Source: Rotaria sp. (Eukaryota). Taken from it: DNA of 8,457 nt. The notes under the pieces are model-generated. The model saw only the letters and a list, made by a program, of their open reading frames with translations. It had not been told where the DNA came from and did not search any database. A program made the translations under genes and the position numbers. The stretch lies in the NCBI GenBank assembly GCA_905250055.1, contig CAJNOF010000082.1:217991-226447 (forward strand). The letters are read 5' to 3'. Shown here piece after piece: positions 1 to 8,422 of the stretch. How positions within the stretch are numbered: the first letter of the stretch is position 1; every line of letters begins with the position of its first letter.

Positions 1-3000
1 GCTCTAAAAATATGTAGTTTATGAGTCTTTTTATATTAGAAAATGTAGAAAGAAATCAAAACAGTAATCAATTATATTTTCAGAACTATTCAATAAACAT
101 GAGTTTTGTCATTTAGGTGTTTCTGAAAAATTTTATAGACGATCTCTTTTAGTTTTTTTTTAACAAATAGAAATACCACAATAAGGCTATTCTTATGTTC
201 TTTTGAAATATCCTAGTTTTGTTGGAGAGAATCTCTTGCTATCTTGAAATTAATAAGCGAATGATAATTGCAAGTCATATTACGAGTTACAGTAAGGTTT
301 TTTTCTTTTCACTTAGATAATATCCTATCAATTGTTTTTCTTGCACCATGGTCACTTTCGCCTACTTTCATCTTTATTTTTAGCATAGATAATTTTCTTT
401 GTGAATCAATAATTGATTTTTTGGCAAAGTTCAAATGGATCTAATGATTTGCTTATTCCTTTCTTGAGTTGATCTAATCATCTCAAACAACAAAAGATAC
501 TGAGTCTTCAATAAACATACATAAGTTGTTGATTAGTCGAATTCAAGATAAATATATTTTAACCAATGTACTATTTAATTACGAACTTATTTATTATTAA
601 CGTTTTTTCACGATATGTGTTGGTCTGATAGCGAATAAGGAGATGATGAATACCTATACTCACACTCTTCTTTCGAGTACAATATTTGATTCTAAACTTT
701 TCAGAAAATATCGCCTAAGCATTTCATATGATTGTTCCCTAGGTCAAAGATTATAGTTAGAAGTGACGATCACTGTTCAAAGATTCAATGAATTTAATGA
801 AATTGATAGTGTAAATGGTCTGAATTAAGTATTACATATATAACAAGGTGTTGACTAAGTTAAAAAGTCTTTCCTTTCTCGAATTATAAGATCTACAAGT
901 AGCAAGACTTCAACTTATTATAACTCTATTCTAAGTCGAACAATTTTTAAATGTGTGACATGAATGATTATCACTCATTGTAGAGTACATCCACACAAAA
1001 TTTCTGCTGTGTAACTCTTCTATAATGACTGTAGCTCGAGAGAAAGATCGAAGCTTTTTGGCAAGTACCTTAGAGTGTTTATTATTACTCAACTTGTCAA
1101 ATTCGATTCAAGAAACCTATGTATATATTTCATTAATAACAATCTTATTTATACCTTTGAGAACTTTATAGTATCTGTAATGCTTATTAAAGAAAAAGCA
1201 ATTAAATACGAATTTAATGTTATTATTATTCTATAAAGCTTTATGAAATTTTTTTCTCATATTTATTCATCTATGAAAAAAGTGAAAGAGCGATTATCAG
1301 TTTAATATGAATAGTTCATTGTGTTTGCAAGTTCAACACTCATTTTTTTTACTTCATTTCGACATTATTACACAAACCGTTCACTTCGATACTTGATAAC
1401 TATCATTCGTCCTCGAGAAGCAAGATAAAAAAAGATACGTATTTGATTATTGCATAATATGATTATGAAATACAAAGTACAACGTAAGCTAATAGAACCA
1501 AAGATTCATCATATTTCGATGGCGTAGCATTCATTTATTGAAGCATAAAAGTATTTTTGTTAATCTTTCGTAATCATTTTTTTCTTTTTAAATATATCCA
1601 ACTATCTTGCTTGTATTAATACGTAAGTATAAATAATACTTCGTTTTCTTTTTCTTGTGTTTATCTCTATTTATCATTATTACTTTAATATTTTTTTGTA
1701 ATAATATATTGAAAATTTTATTAAACTTGTCTCTTCGAGATCAATCAACTTTTGAAAATTTAATGAAAAAGTGTCTACTTAAAATGATTGATATTTTATA
1801 TATCCTCTTGACACATGGACGACATTTACTCATATGAGTTAGTAAAATAAAGATAAAACCAAGAATGATTATTATGATAAAACGGAATAAAAAAAAGAGA
1901 TTTAAATCATAGTTATGTGAGCAAAATTGTAAAAATACGTTCTATTTTCAATGAATAAACTATGTAACTTTGAAAAGTATTTTAGATGGCTCTATACGAA
2001 TTAGTGTTGTAATTGACGATGTTTAATTAGAACTTTTATTAAAATATGCGTCTGTTCTGAATTTTTCAAAAGGAATTTTGCATCTGATCTTATTTATAAA
2101 TGTAGGCGATCTCTAGATGGATATGATAATAGGTTTTTTCTTATCGAAAACACGCAGCTAGAGAAAGTAGCTAAATGCCGAAAATTGTAGATTCTTGGTG
2201 AAAACCTTTTTCTAAAATTTTTCACAATAGAACGTAATTTCATACACAAGCACACAGCACAACAATGAGAGTGAAAACGAATTCTATGACTAAAAAAGGA
2301 TTTGGATTTTCTGGATTCTGCTTTTCGATATTGAGACACTAAACCTCCAGGTGTGTACACCAGTCGTATACGTTCATACTTCATTTTGATATGTATAAAA
2401 ACTTCACTTAATAACAATATTGAATGGATGTCTGCACGCAGTAAAAATTCAACATTGAATAATTAGTTATGTAAATAAACTAATTCCTATGATTGATCAT
2501 CATTTGAAATCTATGAATAATTACCTTATGAAATTTTAATTGTATGTGAAAACGGAATCGTTTTCGGATTCATATGACTCTATGAGCTTGTTATGATACA
2601 AAGCACATGTACTTTTTTTTAATACGAAGTCATAAAGCAAAGGAAAAAATATTCAACAAAGATATATAGTAGCTCGTTAGTAAAGTTGTTTCCTTCTACT
2701 CTGTAGGAACCAAGGTTGAGTCTCATCTCAATTGTTTTATTGAAAAGCTTAAAGTCGTGTTGAATGAAAATAAATAGATGATATAATAACAACAATGCAT
2801 CAATACCGAAACAGGGTATTTATATATGTTTGCGAAATTAATTGAAATTAATGATCACTAACAGTAAATATCGAATACAAATAAGATTCTGCACCAAGAG
2901 GAAAACATGACATAACTTATTTATTAATGAATTTTATTTTATTTTTCAAATTTATTGGAACTATTATTATCTTAAAATACAAAAGAAACTAAAAATAAAA

Positions 3001-4323
3001 AGAAGTACTATCGAATACATATAATCGACATTTTATTATACAATGCGACACATTTTCTATTCATCATTTTTATTGCAACATGTTTTATATTTACTAGTTC
3101 AATATTATACGTTTCTATTGTATAGTATTGGATAGGGGCATAACCAGAAGATCATGGGGTGATGGGCCAGTACACGATAGCATTGGAGGAAACTCATAAA
3201 GTTAAATGTCAATGACGGTAATTATTACTTTTTTTTTTTCTTGTGGTAGCATCGAGTAGCATCTCGCTTAGTCAACTCGTGGTTACACATCTATGATCCT
3301 AAATATTCCTCAGAAGTAAATAACAAAAAATTCTTGGTAGAATGAGAGCAGATTTTAAGAATTATAAAAATTTCGTTTTTGAAAAACAAAATATATAAAT
3401 AATGTATTTGAGTTAAACGTGAGATGATGAAAATTTTCGTTTTTAGAACCGATAAATCAACTAAAATATTGAATCTGTTAAATAAAGTTCCAATAAAGTA
3501 CTAATTGTATTAATAAAAGGAAAGAAATGCTTGATTTCATTTTCTCTTCTTTTGCATTTTATAAGAAAAAAATGTCATAACTTAGTAATCTGTCGTTTGT
3601 TTTCACCTGATAAAATATGTCATTTAAAAAATAACGATGAACAGTGAAGAACTTCTTCGTTTCTCATCAAATATAATGCATCTTGATTTGTGATTAATGT
3701 TGTAAATGAGTTTATAACAGTTATGAATTACTAGAATTAAAAAATTATTCTTAGATCGAAAAATAATCCAAGAATGATTCCTTTTGATATTGCTGTGCCT
3801 AATTTCACATTATTAATTAGTATACTTATTTAAATTCATTGAAGTTTTCTATTGCACACTATTCTAATATAATATAAAAATGTATATTGAATCTTCCTAT
3901 TTTTAATAATGCCATTTTAAGTTCTATAAACAGAAATTAAGTTGTCATACATATTAACGTAAAATTTTCTTTTTTTATGTTTATGAAATAGCACGATTTT
4001 TACAAAACATAATAATACTAAACAAAGAACTGTTTTATAGGTTTTTTTTCTTTAAGAAGATCTACAGTTTTAGAAAAAGGAGAGCAGTCTAATATAGATG
4101 CTATTGTAGAAAATATTAGCAATAGAATGTATTTCGAAATTAGTTTATATATTTTTTCTTATAAGGTACTGATATATGTTCAGGTATAATAAACATTTTG
4201 ATTTTCTACTTAAGTTATACCAGTCTATCACATAATGTCTGAATTTGATACACTTTATTTATTACGTTAAAAGTGATCATTACGTTATTTCGATGTTCGA
4301 CGTCATAAATACATGTTTGGTTT

Positions 4324-4360
4324 ATGATCGTTTACTTATTACTCTATAGTAAATGATCAT
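4324..4360. repeat. Imperfect inverted repeat/hairpin: 13-bp arms, one G-T pair, 11-nt loop
   Basis: ATGATCGTTTACT (4324-4336) pairs with AGTAAATGATCAT (4348-4360). The loop is 4337-4347. Confidence 0.75.
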
Positions 4361-4491
4361 CATGTAATACTGTGCCGTGACGTCTTTATGAAGGAAGAGT
4401 AAAATAATTCGCGAGTCAACGAGAGAAAATATATGACGTTTCACGAATAGCAGAAAGAATAGAAAAATATTGGCGGCTTGATGTTATAGTT

Positions 4492-4517
4492 TTTTTTTTT
4501 TCTTTCTTTCTTTCCTT
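4492..4517. repeat. Poly-T tract running into a (TTTC)n simple repeat
   Basis: T run 4492-4503, then ctttctttctttcc. Confidence 0.9.
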
Positions 4518-4720
4518 TGTTCATGATAATCAGATGTATCATTTTGCTATAGTTGCAGATGTTTCGGTCTATCGTCTATAATACTTACATAGCTGTGTGT
4601 TTTGATGAATTAATTCCAAACTATTGCATTGAGGTTAGTCATATATTTTAGTCTGAGTCATATTCTTTTTTTTTCTCTGAATAAAAGTGCACATGACACT
4701 TACGCATTCTTATCAATTAT

Positions 4721-4732
4721 CGATGCGCATCG
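4721..4732. repeat. Perfect 12-bp palindrome CGATGCGCATCG
   Basis: Direct reading; the sequence equals its own reverse complement and is GC-rich relative to its surroundings. Confidence 0.9.
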
Positions 4733-4747
4733 TCGTTTTCTATTACC

Positions 4748-4764
4748 AAAAAAAAAAAAAAAAA
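4748..4764. repeat. Poly-A tract of 17 nt
   Basis: Uninterrupted run of A from 4748 to 4764. Confidence 0.9.
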
Positions 4765-4922
4765 TGTAACCTATCGTTGTCGTTCTGTCGCTTTTTTTTT
4801 TCTTTGCATTCTTGTTTTGCGATAGTATGCCAACATCTTTACTTTCACTCCATACGACTGTTTTTTTATAAGGAGAAAAAAAAGAAGTTGGAGATTTTTG
4901 ATGTTTGTTTTAGTTAAATAGA

Positions 4923-5255
4923 ATGAAATATTGTAGTGGTACTTGTACAAAATTATTTAACATAATCAAATCAAGTATATTGTTCTTTCGACATCATGGT
5001 TTTTTAATTATACGTTTTTTAATATTATTTATCTTCTGTTTACTATTACTCTATTTTTCATCTATTCATTATTATTCATTCTATTGTACAAATCGATTTC
5101 AACAAAGTTTAATTCAAGCTAATAAACGTAATTTATGGAATACAATAAATGGTGTAAGAAATCAATTTATGCCAATATTAATGCCAGTTTGTGATCGACC
5201 ACATTATTTAAAAAGAGTTTTAGATGGTTTAACTAGAGTTGATGGAATAAATGAG
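4923..5255 (+). CDS. Exon 1 of GT13-like (GnT-I/POMGnT1-like) glycosyltransferase: short cytosolic tail, signal anchor, start of the catalytic domain
   Basis: ATG at 4923. Encodes MKYCSGTCTKLFNIIKSSILFFRHHGFLIIRFLILFIFCLLLLYFSSIHYY... (a single hydrophobic segment typical of Golgi type II anchors), then MPILMPVCDRPHYLKRVLDGLTRVDGINE. This matches the GnT-I N-terminal catalytic pattern PVLVIACDR..VRRCLDKLL. A GT donor lies at 5256-5257 (GAG|gtaaaa), phase 0. Confidence 0.8.
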
Positions 5256-5696
5256 GTAAAAATGATTGATGAATATTTATATTAAATGAAAATTACTTAC
5301 AAGAGAACAACTCCAATTGACACTAGATATTTGAACTTATATTAAATCTACAGACAGATACCAATAAGATTAGCCATAAGTTTAAAAAGGTTTGTTTTCA
5401 TTGACACCAGATTATTTTCACTTTACTATATATTTGATCCATTTTTAAATACTCTTCGGAAGATCGAATAACGATATTTTGATCTAAAGTTTTATCTATT
5501 GATAGATATAATAACTGTTAGAATATCCTAAAAGGCTCAACCGAACAGACTGTTCCTTCATCAAGATATTGAATTTCTAAACATAGTTCATTATCATCAC
5601 AGATGAATTCAAACGGCAGATGTCGCTTGAGATAGTAGTTTCCTTGTTAGTATATTTGAATTCTTAATTTTCACAGATTTATTTTTCTATATTTAG
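5256..5696 (+). other. Intron (GT-AG, phase 0, 441 bp) of the GT13-like gene
   Basis: Donor atgag|gtaaaa at 5256. Acceptor atttag|ACAGTT ends at 5696. The acceptor AG is part of an in-frame TAG (5694-5696) that bounds the downstream open frame. Joining gives ...DGINE|TVVIISQDC..., which is co-linear with GnT-I ...ELFPIIVSQDC.... Confidence 0.8.
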
Positions 5697-6359
5697 ACAG
5701 TTGTCATTATTTCTCAAGATTGTGCATTATCATCGATTACATCTACACTATCATCTATATCATCACATATTCGTATACTTATTCTTCCACATACTCCTCC
5801 ATATTTTTCTTTACCACGTTATGTTGATACTAATGAATATGCTACATCTGCTAATGTTAAATTTTTATTAGAATTTGCATTTGAATATATGTTAGCTGAT
5901 GGAGCCATTCTTCTTGAATCTGATCTAATACCATCTGTTGATTTTTATCGTTATCATCAATGGACATATAAAAAACTATTAAATATAAATAATTCGAAAA
6001 TTCTTTCTATTCATTCTTTTAATCTTTATTCAACTAATTTATCTGATCCATATACATTATTTTCTCGAGGTTTTGATTCTTGGGGTTGGTCAACAGCAAG
6101 AACAAGATGGTCATGGTTTAAAAATCAATGGACTAAATATAAAAATTGGGATAGTATTGTAAGTCGACGAGCTAAACAAGATAAATGGATATGTTTAATA
6201 CCAAAATTAAGTCGAACAAGAATGATTGGTTTAAAAGGAATTAATGTGAATGTTTATAAGGAATCAGAAAAGAAACAATTTGAAGAAAATATGTATATGA
6301 GTGATAAAATAATTGAATATAATGAAAAACAACCAAATATTGTATCTTCTTCAATATAA
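5697..6359 (+). CDS. Exon 2 of GT13-like glycosyltransferase (nucleotide-sugar binding and catalytic core, C-terminus)
   Basis: Open frame 5697..6359 starts TVVIISQDCALSSITSTLSSISSHIRILILPHTPPYFSLPRYVDTNEYATSANVKFLLEFAFEYMLADGAILLESDLIPSVDFYRYHQWTYKKLL and continues ...FSRGFDSWGWSTARTRWSWFKNQW...NWDSIVSRRAKQDKWICLIPKLSRTRMIGLKGINVNV.... This aligns with GnT-I landmarks VSQDC, EDDLEVAPDFFEYF, FFPGLGW, WDDWMR, C(V)RPEISRT..FG.KG. The ORF track (5889..6359) captures only the part from an internal Met. Confidence 0.82.
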   Translation, partial: TVVIISQDCALSSITSTLSSISSHIRILILPHTPPYFSLPRYVDTNEYATSANVKFLLEFAFEYMLADGAILLESDLIPSVDFYRYHQWTYKKLLNINNSKILSIHSFNLYSTNLSDPYTLFSRGFDSWGWSTARTRWSWFKNQWTKYKNWDSIVSRRAKQDKWICLIPKLSRTRMIGLKGINVNVYKESEKKQFEENMYMSDKIIEYNEKQPNIVSSSI

Positions 6360-6521
6360 AATCATATTGATAATGATTTTATTTTATAATTGAAAATGTA
6401 TGAATTATAATCGTTATGAAATGAAGATTCTATTAACATAGTCTTTCATTCAATGTTGATAATTTTGACTATTAATTTTCAGTTCAAAATATTTTATGAA
6501 ATATGATCAAAGAGAATTGTT

Positions 6522-6527
6522 AATAAA
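6522..6527 (+). promoter_or_regulatory. Candidate polyadenylation signal AATAAA for the GT13-like gene
   Basis: AATAAA lies about 165 bp after the stop codon at 6357-6359. The hexamer is common by chance in AT-rich DNA. Confidence 0.3.
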
Positions 6528-7406
6528 AGTATAAATTATATATCTATCAATGAACCTTCAATAATTTGATTAAAAAAAAAGAAAATTTAGTATCTTATGA
6601 TCTCTTAGTCTTGATAATACAAGTCATTGTTGAAACTATTTTTTTATATAAAAATTTTCATTCGTTTTTTTTTTATTGTTGTGAAATTCCTTGTGCAATG
6701 AATTGAATTTTAATTAAAACGATTTATCAATATTTAATTCTTGTTCTTAAAATAAATGAAAAAGTGTAATCCTAAAGTGAAAATTCTTAAGTTGCTTTAC
6801 AATAAGATTCAGCAATTAAGTAATCAAAAAACAATTTAGATCGATATTTGTTTACAGTGAAATGAATATCGAGTAGTTATTTTGCCCGAACTGTATTAGT
6901 TCTTATGATGTAAGCCTCGTTATTATAAGAATCTATTTCTTGTATGGAAATCAATGTTAATAGAACCGAAATATGCATGTAAAATAACGAGAGTCTATGA
7001 AGCACTATCAATATTTATTGTACATTATGTTCATATTAAGTCTTATTACATTTTTATCAGTATCAAACATTACATTATAATAATGAAATAAAAATCTAGC
7101 ATTATTAACATCTCATATAAATTTATTTCGTTTCAATTATATGAGCTTCTTGTGAAAAAGATGCAGAAAGTGTTACAAATCGATATTCGTTTTAATCTTC
7201 TATTTACTTCATTACTAATCACTAGTATATGATAAGAGAAAAACAACACGACTAAATATACGAGATTTTGTTTTTTTTTCATTGAGTCTAAAAATATCAT
7301 CCTTTTTGTCTTTCTACGATTAACGAAAAAAAATATTGTGTACACATGCAATAATCTACGCAAAAGTTATTTTTTGTTATTGTCGAAGTTCATTTCTTAC
7401 AAAAGA

Positions 7407-8422
7407 ATGATATTATCAACATCACAAAAAACACTGCAAAATGTGGTAAAGCATCTGGATGTTTTACATGTCGAGGTTGTCAAAACGATTTTTGTAATCG
7501 ACATGTTGTCGAACATCAACAAGAAATAAGAAAACAATTGAATGATTTAACTGTTGATCATGATCATTTTCGACAAAGTCTAACTGAACAAACACAACAA
7601 CCACAATATTATTCTTATATAAAACAGATCGATGAATGGGGGCAAGAGTCTATTAATAAAATTCATCATGCGGCTAATGATGCTCGACAACACATACAAA
7701 ATCTGATTAATCAACATATAGCTGAATTGAATGAAGATTTAAGTAAAATTACATTAGAATTACATAAAGCTCGTGAAGATGATGATTTTTATGAAATACA
7801 TTTAAAAAATTGGATGGAAAAGCTTAATAAATTGAAAAATGATTTTGCTCAAGCAGCAAATATCAGCATTAGACAAGAAAAAAGTAATATTATTTCATTT
7901 ATGCCGAACATTTTGCTATCAAAGTCGTCAAAAGAAATCTTTGAACAATCAATTGGCAATATTAGAATTGAAGATAATGGTCAAGTTATTGTCAAAGACC
8001 AATTTAATGGCGATGCAACTGTACGTGGCAATGGTGAATATGTTTCAGGAAAACATCGATTTCGATTTAAGATTGAGGTAAATGGTACGAACAAGTGGTT
8101 ATTTATTGGAGTTGCATGCAAAAATGTGCCTATACGAGAGGTATCCTATTGCAACAAATCTAGCTATGGTTGGTGTGGAGGTGATCGAGTCTTGATCAAT
8201 GGGATTTACCACTCTAGATTTAATGGCTACAATGGTGATATAGAAACTAATGATATAGTAGAATTATTAATTGATTGTGATCAACAAATAATACAGTTAA
8301 CCAATGAACGAACACATAGTATATATACACTTGAAGTTGATACGAATAAATGTCAATTTCCATGGCAAGTTAATTTCAATCTTTATTTTGCCAAGGATCG
8401 TGTTACTATTCTTCAAGTTTAA
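7407..8422 (+). CDS. TRIM-like protein: B-box-like zinc motif, helical region and SPRY-like C-terminal domain, with an apparent frameshift near 7436-7439 (possible pseudogene or sequencing error)
   Basis: The frame from 7355 (after TAA at 7352) to the stop at 8420-8422 is open. It encodes ..AKCGKASGCFTCRGCQNDFCNRHVVEHQQEIRKQLNDLTVDHDHF...(helical)...GNGEYVSGKHRFRFKIEVNGTNKWLFIGVACKNVPIREVSYCNKSSYGWCGG...NDIVELLIDCDQQIIQLTNERTHSIYTLEVDTNKCQFPWQVNFNLYFAKDRVTILQV. No ATG occurs in this frame upstream of the zinc motif. The nearest plausible start, ATG 7407, reads MILSTSQKTL in a different frame. Confidence 0.75.
7442..7519 (+). other. B-box-like zinc-binding motif, not covered in the correct frame by any ORF in the supplied track
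   Basis: The frame continuous with the 7538 ORF reads C-x8-C-x2-C-x4-C-x2-H-x3-H (CGKASGCFTCRGCQNDFCNRHVVEH). The expected first Cys two residues upstream is missing (reads TAKC). Confidence 0.7.
7940..8419 (+). other. SPRY/B30.2-like (concanavalin A-like fold) domain of the TRIM-like protein
   Basis: Pattern GxHRFRFKIE...KWLFIGVAC...SYGWCGGDRVLINGIYHS...GDIETNDIVELLIDCDQQIIQLTNERT...CQFPWQVNFNLYFAKDRVTIL resembles SPRY-family beta-sandwich segments. Domain boundaries are approximate. Confidence 0.6.

Noticed and set aside
310-440. Short minus-strand open stretch reading ...IIDSQRKLSMLKIKMKVGESDHGARKTIDRILSK*
   Set aside because: Somewhat protein-like, but only about 43 codons with no start or family match. 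Stretches of this length are expected by chance in both strands of an 8-kb window.
1655-1837. 60-aa plus-strand ORF (MCLSLFIIITLIFF...)
   Set aside because: Low-complexity hydrophobic translation driven by AT-rich DNA, with no motif or splice context.
2094-2417. 107-aa minus-strand ORF (MLLSEVFIHIKMKYERIRL...)
   Set aside because: The longest ORF in the left half, but it has no recognisable domain and is rich in S/R/F/H with no conserved pattern. It is possible but unsupported; homology search or expression would be needed.
2461-2485. 8-bp-arm inverted repeat AATTAGTT...AACTAATT
   Set aside because: Short, entirely AT-dominated arms; expected by chance at this base composition.
4687-4917. 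76-aa plus-strand ORF spanning poly-A and poly-T tracts
   Set aside because: Translation is dominated by homopolymer-derived KKKK and FFFF runs; almost certainly spurious.
5316-5416. Imperfect direct repeat attgacactagatatt / attgacaccagattatt inside the intron
   Set aside because: Too short and diverged to support a duplication or target-site interpretation.
7133-7363. 76-aa minus-strand ORF just upstream of the B-box gene
   Set aside because: K/F/I-rich, composition-driven, no motif, and it sits in the likely 5' flank of the plus-strand gene.
7437-7529. 3' part of the 63-aa ORF (QNVVKHLDVLHVEVVKTIFVIDMLSNINKK)
   Set aside because: This is the wrong-frame reading of the zinc motif. Only the first residues after ATG 7407 (MILSTSQKTL) look meaningful.
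7839-8081. 80-aa plus-strand ORF overlapping the TRIM-like CDS
   Set aside because: Out-of-frame shadow of the strongly protein-like frame that encodes the SPRY-like region.
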